DNA of 64,000 nucleotides from Lingula anatina (taxonomy: Eukaryota > Animalia > Brachiopoda), in NCBI GenBank assembly GCA_051362555.1, contig CM120640.1, forward strand, positions 69,976,788 through 70,040,787. Direction: 5' to 3'. Positions 43,596 through 58,050 of this stretch are shown here, piece by piece. Within the stretch, counting starts at the first letter, position 1. Each line of letters opens with the position of its first letter. The notes under the pieces are model-generated. The model was given only the letters and a program-made list of their open reading frames with translations. It searched no databases and was not told the DNA's origin. The translations under genes were made by a program, and so were the position numbers.

Positions 43596-45706
43596 TTGGA
43601 AGCAATGAATCATTTATCTTACAACACAGTTAACATAATACAATATTAAAATTACAAAAAAAACTTGACTAAATTACAAATATTTCACAAGGATATAAGA
43701 TGTACCATTTTTCTTTGAGTTAACAGCACCATCCTTGCTAAACTCACCAAGTACATATAATTCAAAGAAATAATTTGGGTATAGCCTAGTTTTGTGTTTG
43801 ATATACTTGTTCCTGCCCCAGGCTATGTGCAAGGTATGAGTGATCTTCTGGCCCCCATTCTCGTCATCATGGATAATGAAGTGGATGCATTCTGGTGCTT
43901 TGCTGGTTTTATGGAAATAGTGGTAAGTGAGGATTTATACTAAGTTAGTGTAGGTTTTCATGTGAATTGAGTTAATTAAGTTTTTGGCTAACAAGCCAGA
44001 CTCCTCGCCTTAATATATTGATTTTGTATTTGCATTCCTTTCTTTGATTTCATCTGCTGAGTTATTATTTCTTTCTCTCTAGGCACGCAACTTTGAAATG
44101 GACCAAAAAGGAATGAAAGACCAACTGCAGCAGCTGAACACATTAATGCAGTTACTGGATCCTCAACTTTACAATTACTTAGGTTAGTTTTTTATTTTTT
44201 TATTATTATTTATTTATTTAGTCTAAAATCCATATAAAATGTTCAGTAGACTTTACATGGGTAAAATGAACAGAATAAGATGAATAAAGTCAATAAATGA
44301 AAAGGTAGTTAAAATATTCAGATATTAAGATGTGAAATAAAATGTAAATGAATTGATGGACAGTTACGATTTTAAGATATTAAAAGAAATAATACAATGT
44401 AACAGATAACAGCCATTCAAATCAATTATAAAACTTTTTGAAGATATGAGTTTTTAATTCTTTAAATTGATACTTTGTTTATTTTTCAGAGAGCCATGAA
44501 TCCAGCAACATGTACTTCTGCTTCCGATGGCTGCTGATTTTGTTCAAGAGAGAGTTTACTTTCCCAGACATTATGAGATTATGGGAGGTTAGTAATCCAG
44601 GGGATATTTATAGTAAGACCTTTGATCATACTCTGAAACTTAATTTACAATGTTTAAATAAAAAAACTGCACAGCAGCTTGTGAATGAAAGTCTCTTTAA
44701 GCATGGAGGATTTGTTTTTCTAACTTTTCTGTTCTACTTCTTGTTATTTTTTCAGGTGCTATGGACAGGCCTTCCATGTAAGAACTTTCACCTGTTGTTG
44801 TGTGCATCCATCCTGGACACCGAAAAATCCATCATGTTTGACAATAATTTTGGTTTCACAGAAATTCTCAAAGTAAGTACTCTGTAGATTTGATTACAAT
44901 TCTGCTTCACTTCACTGTACAGAACAGACCGTACCCTGTTACGCTAGTTAATGGAGCACACTTTTGGGTTAAAAGAGAAAAAAAAAATTCTAAAAATGGA
45001 ACTGGTTCCTAAAATAGAACTGGAAACTGATTTATGTGGTTCTGTTTTCTAAAACGGAATTGAGAACAAGTGGATTTGGCAAAAGAAATATGGTTGTTGC
45101 CAAAATTTGCTCACTGTTCAGTGCCAACAACAGATTTTAACAATCAAATCACCGCAGATTCAAAACTGAATGTGGAAATGGTGGAATCAAATGCATTCTC
45201 CCACTCACAAATCTGTTTGATATTGAATGTAAAGTGATACCAGAAAAAGTGTAAAATTTTACTTTGTTAAATTTAGCATCTTGTCAGCCAGATAACATAT
45301 TGTTGACATCAAAAGTGATATATTATACCTTTCTGTTTTTCAGCATATTAATGACATATCTTACACAATTGAGCTAGAACCAATGTTAACCAAAGCAGAG
45401 GGCATCTACCTCCAGTTAGCCAACACCACAAAGCTTCCTGGGCCTATCAAAGAAATCTTAGGTTTTGACTTCGACCGGAAGGGGAGTGGGGATTCCTCCA
45501 AAACCAGCACCCCAGTGGAAGGCTACAGCACCCCTGCTTCTACACCTGAACACTCCACGCCAGTGATGAGTTTACCGTTAAAAGACAGTAGAGTGGGCAA
45601 TGGTGGTCATATGGGCAGTAGTAGTGCATCCCAGGAGACAGGACCTACAACCCCTGATGACAGTAGCATAGAGATCTTACCTGACCCTCACAATGTGTTT
45701 GAGTAG
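38348..45706 (+). CDS. TBC1D15: TBC1 domain family member 15/17 (Rab7 GAP), about 664 aa. Exons 38348-38365, 39986-40081, 40288-40426, 40664-40874, 41266-41377, 41505-41699, 42020-42148, 42743-42846, 43017-43111, 43376-43492, 43822-43922, 44083-44182, 44490-44587, 44756-44872, 45344-45706
   Basis: N-terminal VIYQKDGVYIH, HPALHFHKGG and KDPYSTTLTGFSKVT. TBC domain with IFRGG..LRREVWKF, arginine finger IDKDVTRTDR, glutamine finger GYVQGMSD, and YFCFRWLLILFKREF. Exons total 1995 nt in frame. Confidence 0.95.
38948..39150 (+). mobile_element. MITE family A, copy 2, in TBC1D15 intron 1 (possibly PIF/Harbinger-like)
   Basis: GGGCATTCCCAGAGATTTAGATCGA...TCGATCTAAAATCTATGGGAATGCACCCT followed by TAA; homologous to copy 1. 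Confidence 0.8.
43531..43597. repeat. (ATTT)n microsatellite
   Basis: Direct reading. Confidence 0.9.
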
Positions 45707-47816
45707 TCTCTGCTGCATTGCATATTAACCAAGGAAAGCTTTAGATGAGGATATTTTGTTTATTAGAATTGGAGTTCTCTAGCATAATCATTGTGCACAA
45801 CCAAAAGTGGATGTTGATTCAAAACTGATAATTCCAAATATTTATTAAAATTAAGTATGATATAAAAATATTTGAATTAAGAAATTATGAAAAAATATTG
45901 TTTGTCTTACAAGTTTATAATGTTTTTGTTAGTTGACTGTTTAATATATATATTCACAAAATATTTAACTTGTTTTATTTATAAAGAGCTGGTTAAAGTA
46001 GTGTAGGATCTGGCCTGTCTTGGGCTATCAAAACTTTGACATGAAAATGTGTAGACAAATCCTTTTTCTTTCCAAATTTAAATAAACCTTATTAACATGA
46101 AATTGAGGGTCACTGCTCAAGGTAAAGTGTAAGCAATTCTTTTCTCTCTCATCAAAATCCGTCACTTTCACCTTCAGATGATGGACTATGGTTATTCTTC
46201 ATAATTGATGTATAGCCTTTTTGGGTTGGATCTAATTTCAGCAAGACTAGAATTATCCCTATAATCGTGCTGTGGTGTTGCCTACATTTTCAAGTTTTTT
46301 TTTTCAAAATAAGTGCCATTTTTGTCCTGAAATTGTAACTGCCAGGTCAGTGAAGATAATGTATATGATGCTAATGTAAAGGATTGGATTTATGATCTTG
46401 CCGATTAAAACCAACATATGCTATTCTCATTTGTAAATATATTTCCAGCACGATAATAGTCTCTGTATCTATTTGGAGGCAAGTGCATTAACAATTAGCA
46501 TACATACATCAGGTTTTTAGAAAAGCTGCATACGTATTTTAATTGTTATCAGCCATGTTTAAATATTAAAGATTGATTTGATCAGAATATGTAGTTGCAT
46601 TTTTACAAAGAAAGTTTCCGCTTGCATACATTTGAGCTCCTGTGTATCGCATAGTGCGGTTTTTTATATTGTATTTTTGTCCGTCTTCCTGTTTAAGGAG
46701 ATACAGGTTGTTTGAACACGTGTCAGTTTTTGTTAAAACAGTAGACAACCTTTCTCAATTGTTGATTTCAATTTTGATTTAAATAGTAGACGACCTTTCC
46801 TAGTATCAACTGTCAGATAACACCCTTTGTTACCCGTTGCTAACAAACGGCAGAACTTTTATCAATAACTTGCTTTACTTCCTTAAGTTATGAACACCGT
46901 GATCAGATCGTTGAGAAAGTGACGTTATGCTGCACGATATAAATTTCAAAATCCCAAAGTGTCTTCTTATTTTTATGTATTTTTCGTTCAGAGAACAAAA
47001 ACGATGGGATAATTGGAAATGTTTCTTTTTAAGTGTAACTTTTAGTTTTGGTTCTACTTTTAGTTACAGTGTAGCACAGTCATCCATGTCACCAACGACC
47101 CGATGTTCTGTCCCCTTATAATAACTTGAGCACGTGACTGCTGCTTTTTTTTTTCAACACACGGATGTGTTTCGATATTGTAATGAAAAAAGTATGAACA
47201 AGCAACATTACAGTTCAGTTTTTTTTTTAATTGACATCAGCCACTTGAGGTCAATGTTAATTAATTTTCAACGTGTCCTGTGGACTGGGAGCTAGTCCTT
47301 TGGGTTTCTACATCCATCGTCTGCACGAAAAAAAGGAGTTTGATTGATTGCACTCAGGTTATAATCGTATCTTTTCTCATAAAACTTCCCCTTATTTCAT
47401 AAGAATACAGATATCTCTCCTGATGACAACTAACCTTTTCAGATGAGCACCATTACCAGTATTTTATGCACAGGGCTATTCCTAGTGGACCTGTAGACAT
47501 CGCAATTAGTTCCTTGCGATCAAGTTTCCAGTCCTGAGCACTCGTTATTACGTACGGCATCAATTTTCTTCTCTGGGTGCTATTTCACACTCGCTAATCT
47601 TGCTAATGGAGCTCAGGAAAGGAGATGTTGAGCATTATTGGTTGTAATATATATGTTCTTGTCTTTCATATGCATACTAAATTGGTTTCTTAATTTTCAT
47701 CGACAGGCGTATAATTTTTGTGTACCCTGTGGTTTTCCTTCTAATCTGACGTACTCGCATACGGCGTCTGTAGTGATGTGTAAAAAGTGGTGCCTTCATA
47801 CAGCGTTATATTAACA

Positions 47817-48036
47817 CCCCATTTCCATAGATTTTTAGATCGATCTATCCCTGTGGGGAGTCTCACTAGATTACTGTCAGCTTGGCCGGCTTAAGCGTCT
47901 GTCCCGCTTACTAAAAGCTGTAAGGGGGTAATTAACTATGGTGCCCGCTCGGCTGACTGCAATTTAGCGTGAACCCCCAGGGAGTTAGGTCGATCTAAAA
48001 CTTAATCTTTAGATCGATCTAAATCTCTGGGAAAGC
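47817..48036 (-). mobile_element. MITE family A, copy 3 (inverted)
   Basis: Reverse complement of copies 1 and 2 (GAGTCTCACTAGATTACTGTCAG...GCGTGAACCCCCAGGGAGTTAGGTCGATCT). Confidence 0.8.
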
Positions 48037-48052
48037 AGAGTCACATCATTAA

Positions 48053-48260
48053 AGCGTAGATTACATTTACACGGGCGCCGTGTGATGAAATTGTCCGTAC
48101 GTTTTTTTTTTTTTTTAATTGTAAGGAGATACGGGCTACGCCGAGTGTGTCTACATTACATGGCCTTAAATCTACCAACGCTCAGACGCCGTACGAAAAG
48201 GGTATTACGGGCAGTATACGTGCACCGTACGGGCATCGCATTTCAAATGTAATCTAGGCT
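48053..48260. mobile_element. MITE with about 17-bp terminal inverted repeats and TAA target-site duplication
   Basis: TAA|AGCGTAGATTACATTT...AAATGTAATCTAGGCT|TAA. Confidence 0.7.
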
Positions 48261-51200
48261 TAAATATTCTACAGATGGCATTTGTGTATTTCCAGTTAGT
48301 ATGAATTTATTCAATGATCCCAAATGAATCATTTGACCACATTTGTCCTATCTGTTATGTACATCAAGACAACCTGTACATCAAGACAACCCATTTACCA
48401 CTGCGTTTTTCGCCAAGTCCGTAAAATGTGCCTAGTGTATCTCATTTACTCCCATTATCCACTGAGCTGATCAAGTATTTCTGTGCCGCTATGAACACCG
48501 TGTAAGGAGCATGGACAAAGTACCTGATACATATACAGTTAGACAAAGATTTGAACAATACAAACATAAAGATTTGAACAGCAGAGCTCCCTTTGAATAC
48601 AAACAGAAACTGGGGTGTGAATACCCCCCTCTCTTCCATTGAAAATCAACTAGCTCAGAGTTGCAAAATTTGCCTGGAAACATTGGGTATTGGTAAAAAA
48701 TCCATGTTTATTGTTGGTGTTGCAATTAATATCATTATTTCGATATTATCTAGTTAGACGCTTACTATTCTTACTATTGCTGTTTTCACTCTCGTCTCTG
48801 AAGATGATGACAATGATAATTTTTTTCTAAAAAGGTCGCACTACGCATGGAAATATTGGGAAATGGACCATTTAATTCCAGATTTTGGTTTTTAACGTGG
48901 TCTTTTTCCAACCACTTTCTTTGATTTTCGTTTATTTTAATTGTTAAGGTGGTAAATATGTTATCATCGGAATTGCTACTGAACTCCATATGTAAGCCTG
49001 ATTGGGGAGATAAGTAAGCAACTAAATGAGATGCAAAAATGATATTTGATTATAAATGTGCGGTTTAGAAATCCACACTTCATTGTCACATTGGCATTGC
49101 TCCACTTCAAATATGTCAGAAAAGCAATTCTGTGGAATTTTCACTTGGGACTGATAAAAAGAAACTTGACTTGGCTCTGATAAACCTTTATTTTCAAAAT
49201 TTCACACTAAACAATAGTTAACTTAAAAGAAATAGCAACGTATAAACAGTATGTTGTATGTACATGTGCTTGAATATGTAAATTCCATTGCATGACTTTT
49301 TAACAAGTAGGCCTACGCAAATGCTTATTTTACCTTGGAACAACGCTAGACCAAAATGGCATATAGAAATATGTTTTTTTTCCACAAATCAACTCCAACA
49401 GTTTTAATATTCAAAATTCCACGTAGCTAATAGTCTCTAACTCTGCTCCTGAGTAGGTAGGGCTCCTTCAAATATAGGTCCACTTCCGGATTAAGTTTGT
49501 GGATTACAAATTCCAAATCACATGGCATATATCTACAAATTGAACTTACTTGTGTCGTCAAGTATGGTAATCTCAAACTACGACAACTTAACTCTACAGA
49601 GCGTTCTATCTTTTGAATTTTCTAATTTCTACAAACTACTGAAATGCGTTAAAATTTTATAAGAGTCGTACCTTAGAAAAAGATTATTTCCAGCGTTTAA
49701 ATGTTAGATGTTAAATGCTACAGCAAAGTGCAAAACAGTTCTCTTACCCTACATCCGTTCTGTTCCGCAACCATCTTTACTTGCAGTTACAATATCACAA
49801 AAGACTACTGAATATTAACTATAAATAACAACAAAATAAGTCTCGTCTTCTTGGGGTGCTGTGTTTTAATTTCGTAGAGTTTAACATGCACCGCGGACTC
49901 TGTGGTTACAATATTAAATAGAAAAGTCTTTAACGACTGTCAAAAATATCAGTGGATATTATATCACACCTAACAAGTTTGGTACATACCACAACTTAAA
50001 AACCGTGAATCAAATGACAGGCTATAGAGCTAAACGAATGTGTGTGCGTGTGTGTGTGTGCGCGTGTGTGTGTGTGTGTGTGCGTGGCTGTTGGAGGGGA
50101 GGGGGAGGGCAGATCTTTTTTCTTATTGAGAGGTACCAAAACACGCCGTCCCACATGAGATGATGGTGGCAGAACGCCGTACTTTTAATGTCATTACCCG
50201 AGGCATGTCATATGTTCGCAGTATGATTGCCCAGGAGTCACTTCAATCTACACACAATCAGAAAGAATTATACTTTCTTCCATGCGCTTCAAGCCAAGGT
50301 GTCACTTTTGACCGGCGCTCATTTCCAAATAGCTGAAGGGATTTTTTAAATTATAAAATCAATACATTTGATCAATGTAAATGATGTTCATGTTTCGGTT
50401 GGATTAGCGTTGGTTACCATCGGTATTATTAACCACAGATAATAATAATCATGTTATAGGCAGATAATGGAGTGGAAATCTACGTGAGTGGAAAAGAGAA
50501 AACAACAAAATTTAGTTGTCTATGAAAACAACCACTTGTTGCGCCAGTGCAGTAAGTTGAAGGTACCGTTAACATGAATCTTCAAAGAAGATATCAGTGT
50601 GAAGTACGTATTTCAGAAGGAAATCCCCCGCCCCCTTAAAACAAATTGTTTTTGTAATAAACTAACATGCATTTTTCATAAACACAACATCTTAATACTG
50701 CTTATAATTGGCAAGAAAGCTTCACTGAAAGAAGCCGACTAATAGATATCGTTTCCAACACCTTAAGTAATTAACACAGATATACGGGTTTCCGTTCTCA
50801 TTCAATTAATACATAGCCTTACTAATTAAGTATTAGTTGAAAATGATTTCATATGAAAAGAAGTGAAAGCCGAAAAAAAGTCTTTCGACATCGCATATAA
50901 GATAAGGTTATAAGTGTTTACACGAAAACATGAATTTAGATATAAAGAATACGGATAGCCCCACAGGTGGGATTTGTTGATGTGTAATTTGCAATGCACG
51001 GTTTTTGATATTTCTGCTAATAAAATGCTACGTTTGTCCTATATGTACAAACAGAGTGGGTAAATATACAAAATATCAAATTGAATGGCCTTACATTAAG
51101 TATCGCGCAGCCCACTAAGTGCTGTGTGCTCAGGCATGCTCTGAGTGATTTTTCTGCCTTTTTGAAAGCCTAATTTATCAAAAGAATTACGGAAGCCGTG

Positions 51201-51989
51201 GTTTCCGGAGCTTTTCCCGAGCAAAACAGTTCAAACATTGGTAAGTTTGCTCTATATTATGCTAAGATCAATGAACAACGGACTGTTGGTTGATTTTAAA
51301 CCTAAGCTTGATTTTTTTTCAATTTATAGCAGCTGTCGATTCTCCTTGAGCAATCTTACTTCTCATAACAAACCAGAGAAGAGTCATGCGTTCATTTAAT
51401 GCTGCAATTATTACCTAATAGCTCCCTAACGGTGATGCAACGCCATGAGAACATTTTAAGCCGCCCATCTCCTCAACGAAACAAGCTGCAGTTAAAGGTT
51501 GCATTATTTTGAAACTGTCGTCATTTGGTTTGAATCGCATTCACATATTTCATCATTTGAGCAATTTGTCCAAGAGGCGATTATTCCCACTAGGACTACG
51601 TTAAGGGCCATGGTACCTGCACCAACCGACCCCTAGAGATATTGATGTATCACGATATTTGAGTCCATACTTTGACGCCTGCGAAAAGATGATTAACCAC
51701 ATTTTCTCTATATATAATTCAATCAAGATGCATACAAATACTATAGTTTGCGGTTATATTCAATCTAGTCTTACGTCTCACAGGGCTGTGGTAATCATTT
51801 TATCACGAAGCCCCTAACGCCATGCATGCTTCTAACGGTTTGCTCATGAGCAAAATTAGGACAACAAATAGTGAAGTTGGAAAATGTTGGTCCCAGCGAC
51901 TGGTATCAAGCTAAAACCCGCCAAACAACATCCCTTTAATTGATGGGTCCTAGTTTCAAGACGCTTGATTTTGACGTCGCTTTTTATGA

Positions 51990-52779
51990 TCATGTAATTT
52001 CCACGTGGATATCTGTTCCCCTCAACACGTGACCACGGCTTCCTTGACGACTGTTCTGTCGAAGCTCGCGTAAGCTGGTGTTACTATTTTGTCGCACTGT
52101 CCCTGGTCGAGAATTACTGGTGTTATAGTTTGACTTTATCACAGGCGCGTCGATCATGTGAGTGCTATTTTGGCGCGCAACTTTCTGCAGGGAATTCCCA
52201 CTACTTTTCCTGTTGATCCCTTGTTGACCACTTTTGGAATTTTCTTGTTTTCGCTCCACCAAACCCTGCAACGCCTCTCTCTCGTAATTATGTAAGGACA
52301 TGATGAGCCGGTGGCTACAGGTGCTCATGGTCACCTTGCGGAGCTGTAAAGAAAGAAAAAAACTTCGCTGAACTTTTATTAGGGACAAATACACGAAGAT
52401 CACATTTACAACATCATTCGATACGTTCAGTTTCGAGCGGTCTTGTTTGGCTGTAATTAAAATGTCTTCTACAAATATCTGTCTCAGAATGTAAATAGTC
52501 AATTGTAGGCTTATTCCCGTCAAGTTTGGTTTAAATTCTGTGTATATAATGGTACAATTTCATTTCAAAAATGTTAGTTAGAAAAACAATTGTGATTTGT
52601 TCTGCATGTTATGGTTATAAGATCTTCAATTCGTAAATTCATCACTATTTTCTACATTTAACCGCCAAGTTTCGTAGTTCTTATTACCTAACTCACAGGA
52701 CGCCTGAATATCCATATTTTTCAGGTGTGCGACCAATTTGTAGTCAAGAAAAAGTAACAAACACACCAGTTTACAAAAT

Positions 52780-52816
<37 letters not shown>

Positions 52817-53951
52817 TAAATCATTGTTATCAGTTCTTTCCGATCGTGTGTTACAATTGTAATGATTGCATGAAATACTACGTCAAGTGAAGTGACTTGA
52901 CTACGTCAAGTATTTTAGTAGACCAGATTCGGTTCCTAAAGTCATAGGCATGACTTTTTATCTAACTTGCTTTTTTATCTACACCGAAAACGGAAGCAAA
53001 ACTTTTTGCAAGTACTTGCTAACCGCATGTCCATGTCAATATTCCCTTTGTTAGACCACCTTCTGTATTCCACGAATAGCAACAAGTGCATTTAACTAAT
53101 AAAAGAACGGATGTCGCCGGAGGTTTTCAAAGATCCTCATTATTATACGCACAAAAACCTTTCTCACCCCATTGTATCGAGTCACTTTTTAAAATATTGA
53201 ACTAAATATAGTTCAACCAATTGTTTTCACTGTGATTTAAACAAAATGTATCAGCAGTTCAATATGCCCAGTAACACGCAGGAGTATCCAGGATTATTTG
53301 AAGGGGGGTACGCGGAAGCAAAGTCGACGCCCCCCCCCTACCCCTTGGCGTGTGGTTCGGGGCGCGCTGAAGGGCCCAGAAAAAATTTGGTATTTTAGAG
53401 GGCGAACGGTGCCATTTATAACTGTTTATAACTGTGATTCAAGTACTCACAATTCTGATTTCAAGAGGGGACTATTGGTGTGATTTTTTTCAGAAATCGA
53501 AGGGGGGGTCAGAACCCCCCTGACAACCCCCCGAAATCCGCCACTGTCTCGTGTAGCTTTGAAAATGTTGATCAAAGGATGAAATATACGACTGCGTTTG
53601 ACTGTGTGTGGTAGGTGGAGGATGCACCCAAGCAAACAATCATGGCGTGGCGGAGGGTGACTGTGGAAAACGCCGAACTGATCGGACGCCATATCGATCA
53701 TGGATATAATAGATTTCCAACGGATATAAGATGACAGATGTCGCTATTTTCTGGTGTAGGACAAGGGACAAATAAGAGAGGAAGAAAGAAAGAGAGACAG
53801 AGAGATAAGAGGGTGGGTGACAGACAGTCGGACATACAGGCATACCTTTCTTTCCTGCCTAATCTTGAGCATCTTAATGGTATAGCCAATAACGACCATC
53901 AGGATTAGGCTGACTCCAACACCAAGAATCACACCGCCGGCAATAACAGCT
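51990..53951 (-). CDS. 3' part of an unidentified membrane protein: transmembrane exon 53951-53846 spliced to terminal exon 52343-51990 or to 53750-53640; upstream exons not located
   Basis: Exon AVIAGGVILGVGVSLILMVVIGYTIKMLKIRQERK (transmembrane helix plus basic stop-transfer) is bounded by TTTTGCAG and AAG|GTATGC. Both downstream candidates have pyrimidine-rich acceptors in phase 0. Confidence 0.6.
52842..53121 (+). repeat. 280-bp segment duplicated at 58051-58330 (putative donor copy)
   Basis: GATCGTGTGTTACAATTG...GGATGTCGCCGGA appears identical by eye in both places. Confidence 0.9.
53279..53546. mobile_element. GC-rich MITE-like element (hAT-like CAG termini)
   Basis: Ends CAGGAGTATCCAGG...AATCCGCCACTG form an imperfect inverted repeat, with G/C runs inside; no clear target-site duplication. 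Confidence 0.55.
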
Positions 53952-54071
53952 CTGCAAAAACAACAGCATCAAGTCATCTTAAGATCTGACCGTAGAATCG
54001 GTTTTGATCATTTGAAGGGAAGCCTGCTTTACAATATTCATTTAGATGTTTTGTGTAAAATTAAAGACCAA

Positions 54072-54339
54072 GGGGCCATTAACAAAAGATGATCCGAGTA
54101 CTGACTGATTCGCCGACTAAATATGGCCGACCCCTCTCCACGATGGTCTCCGCGCCTCCACACGCGCCGTCGATGCTGGGGCCTAGCAATTAATCCTCGG
54201 GACCGAGATTTAATCCGTTTAATGGCGCTTTGAAGGCGGGGTGACCATCGGGAATCAGCGGCATCGCTTTTGAAGAGGGATCGGCCATATTTAGTCGTAG
54301 GATCAGTTAGTACTCGGATCATCTACTCTGAACGGCCCC
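54072..54339. mobile_element. MITE with about 65-bp imperfect terminal inverted repeats and CAA flanks
   Basis: GGGGCC...AGATGATCCGAGTACTGACTGAT..CGACTAAATATGGCCGA pairs with TCGGCCATATTTAGTCG..ATCAGTTAGTACTCGGATCATCT...GGCCCC; CAA on both sides. Confidence 0.75.
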
Positions 54340-54866
54340 CAAAACAACTATATATTGGCAGCCTTGTCACTTGATGACAATGGAACCTAAAGATATTATT
54401 TAAGATAAAATAAGGGTTTATTCAGCCATTAATTTACATATTTAAAATTCACATACAACGGACATTAGTTACGACATGGTTGCTAAAAATCTATTTTTGT
54501 CGTTAAAATGGGAAACAACAGATGGCTAAAAACTTAAAAACCTTTTGGATCCTTTACAAGTTAAAAGTCTACAGTTTCTCAGAAAGAAATTAAAAAGATC
54601 ATGTGCAGGGTGGGTACAGTCAACTATTTTTTTCTGTTTTTGCTTCTAATCCATCTGCGAGGTGGCACTTATAGAGGGGAGATTAAGACCAATGATTTGA
54701 CTACACGTATTAGACGGTGCTTATCACCGTAAGCATAGCTCGATAGTCGAATGTCTTTATTTTTTCTATGTTGGCTTTATATAAACAGAAAAAACATATC
54801 TAAGGATGTCAACTTGATAAGTCTCTCGTGTATCTGTCACGTTGGTATGAATTTAGATTTTGATGC

Positions 54867-54907
<41 letters not shown>

Positions 54908-55436
54908 CAACCGGATTTGCGTGTTTTAAAGGGCTATTACAGTAAATCGGATTTTTATTAACTGCGATTTGTATTTTATACAAGTGAATATCTTTGGAGA
55001 GCTTAGGTTGCAACTATACTTCAAATGACTATCACTTTATCTTGGCAGACTTTGTAATATTATGTAATAAATGATATTGTCAAAACGATAAAGTAGTGCC
55101 CAAGGTAACAAGTGTATAAACACTGTTGTACTTATACTTTAACCTGTACAATATCGTCACGTAATGAATAATCAGATTTGTCAGCCATCTTTGTTAAAAC
55201 ATGGTTGTCATGACATTTCATCCGGTCTTACTCATTCAAAATGTAAAGAAATTAACCGTCGACTCTTATCATGTTGGCATTGAATGTTATTATCACCAAA
55301 CCTTTGTTATTATTGTTATTCCTTGTTAGCACTTCAGGCCATAATGGGACACACTGTACAGTACTTTTTCTTCATAACAATGCTTCAGGAAGATTCATCA
55401 CGAGATGTGACGGATGGCAATTATGTTCGAGAACAC

Positions 55437-55472
<36 letters not shown>

Positions 55473-58050
55473 GTATTGCCTCCATGCTTTCCGCGAAAAT
55501 TCATCAACATGACAGACGCTATTAACGTTGGCGCACCTCAGGGAATTCCATTCTTAGAAACCCTGTGAGTTGGCATTATTTCCCATCTCAGCTGGGTGAA
55601 TGTAAAGTTATCAAGTTGCAATGGCTGTATAGTGAGGAATTTGGTTATCTGGGCCGCCATTAGAGCCATGGTAATGCTATTACACTGTGCTGTAACGTTT
55701 TCCCACATTAAAAACCGAAGAGCTCCGTTGATGACATGTCTGGATCTTAAGTGTCTTTAGAGCGTTTTTTTCGTCACATTAGGAAGTCATTTATTTAATG
55801 GCGTATTTCTCCCAAAATGGTCGATTTCTCTCATTAGACTTAGTCGATCCAGAGGTAATGGTGCGGTGGGTGGTGATTCAGCTGACATAAAATATAGTGA
55901 TTCTTTCTTTGTGCCTCGTGTACAAAGTCAGTTTAATGTCGCCATGTCTACAGTCAAACAATCTTTGTTGTGAGCGTTACTTGTTGGATGTATCCACCGT
56001 TTTTATGCCAATACCCCCCCCCCTGCCCATCTGCAGTTTTAGTCTCCAAGAACATAGCGAATTATTGAAGGCAAAGACAAACTGATTTATTTACGAAGAA
56101 TAAACGTAGCTCCTTTTACCCAAATAAAGTGGCTGCCAGAAAAAAAGTTGGAAATGCACATTACATTATTACAGGTTTAGGTTTAAACGATTGAGCATTC
56201 TTCTACTGATAAGAACCCTTTGGCACTTCGGCATTTGGGCCCTTTTCAGATATCGACCATTGTTTCAGTGATTATGTTTTCAAAAAGAAATTATTTTTGT
56301 AGAAAAGATACTGCAATACACCGATTTCAGAATGTCCGAAAATATACTATAGACAGATTAGTATTATCGGCAGCTCACAGAAATGTGTCAATATTTTGAG
56401 AAGACTTCCACTGCATTGAAGTCCCGTACACCCCAAAAAGAACTCACATGCCACGGGAGAAAATGTTCGAAAAAAACTGGTAAACCATAAATCTGAAAGT
56501 TCTTATCTAGTCTCGGCACGGCGAGAGACGCTATCGCGGTTATAATGACTACTTGGCAGAACTGTAGAGACTGGGTTTATCATCTTGAAAGGATATTTTA
56601 TCCCGTAATCACCCCATGCCTGATGGCAATCTAAATCAAGTGCTGAAAAAAAGAAAAAAAAAAAAAAACAACGTGGGCTGATTTTATACGGTTTTGATTC
56701 TGGTTTTATCTGGTGAAAGATGAATATATTTTGACTCTAGTTTGGTAGGATTCACGCAGTCTTAAATTCGATCAATACATTTTCGAATAAACCAAAAAAG
56801 GAAATATATAAGCAAACACACACACCCCCTCAAAATATACACGTTTATCATTTATCATTACATACTAAACATACATGTATAGATACTGTAGTCTAACAAT
56901 GAAAACGACTAAAAGGCGATACAGTAACTGCCACTATTCATATGTAGACGATAACTGTAACCCACCCTTTGATGAAAGTTATATACTAAGCCAACGTGGA
57001 AATTGAAAGAAGCATGTAATAGTTCAGTGCATAGTCGCTTATTATTTCACCACCTGTTGCACTGATATACGTTGCCATGAACAAATAGAACCGTTTTGGT
57101 GCTTAAATTCTAGATCCTAACATTATGTCGCCTAAGCGCGTTTCACAAAAGTTTTTAAAGACAGCCTACCTCACTTTCCTTTCTCGTAATAAAACTAAGC
57201 CCAAACACCAAAATTTTAGCCTGCTGTAAGCCAATCTAAAATTTATCAGCCCATTGAATCAAAAGCACCCAGGAGACGATACAATATTAAATCAAACAGA
57301 AACACCTTGTATAAGTTGTTCGGTGTCAGAGGGATTCATGGATCATGTTCGTTTTAAGTCTTTTCCTAGAATTTTATCTCAATATAGGGTTTTGTACTTG
57401 TCACACAACATTCTAGAGCGCACTGATATAACATTTGGCGCTTCAGTGATACAGCGTGTCCAGGTGCAGTGAGTCACGATAAAGTAGCCGACTTAAACGC
57501 CTTCATCTGGAACCAAGCCTACGGCAAACCTTAGCTGACGTCGTGATTTTGATTGCCGATGGCTGTTCTGGATTCCCAGATGCTTACACTCTATACAGTT
57601 GTTATCAACATTGTAATTGCACGCACGCTTGTTATTATTCTCTAGGTCAATACCACAAATGGAATTCATAAGTAACAGTTGTCAAAAATCAAATAACACA
57701 TCACTTAAGGAAATTCATCATTGTTGAAACTGGGTTAACAGCATATGAAAACTATGAGTAGGCCTATTTCAAGGATATGCAAATAACACTTTTCGAACAG
57801 ACATAATCTTTCACAATCTTGCCCCCTTCACACGCAGACAGAGAAGGACATTTAGATATGTAACCGAAGTTCGAAATCAATTGGTCATTCAACATTGCTG
57901 TTGATGTGTTTAAATGAAATATGGATGAATGTAAATTATTTGTATTTTTTCTGTCTTGATAACTAAATGAAGATAACAGTAGATATAAGAAAGGTTACCG
58001 TAAGTAACAACTAGGTAATAACTAAATGTGGTTAACATTAGATAACATTA

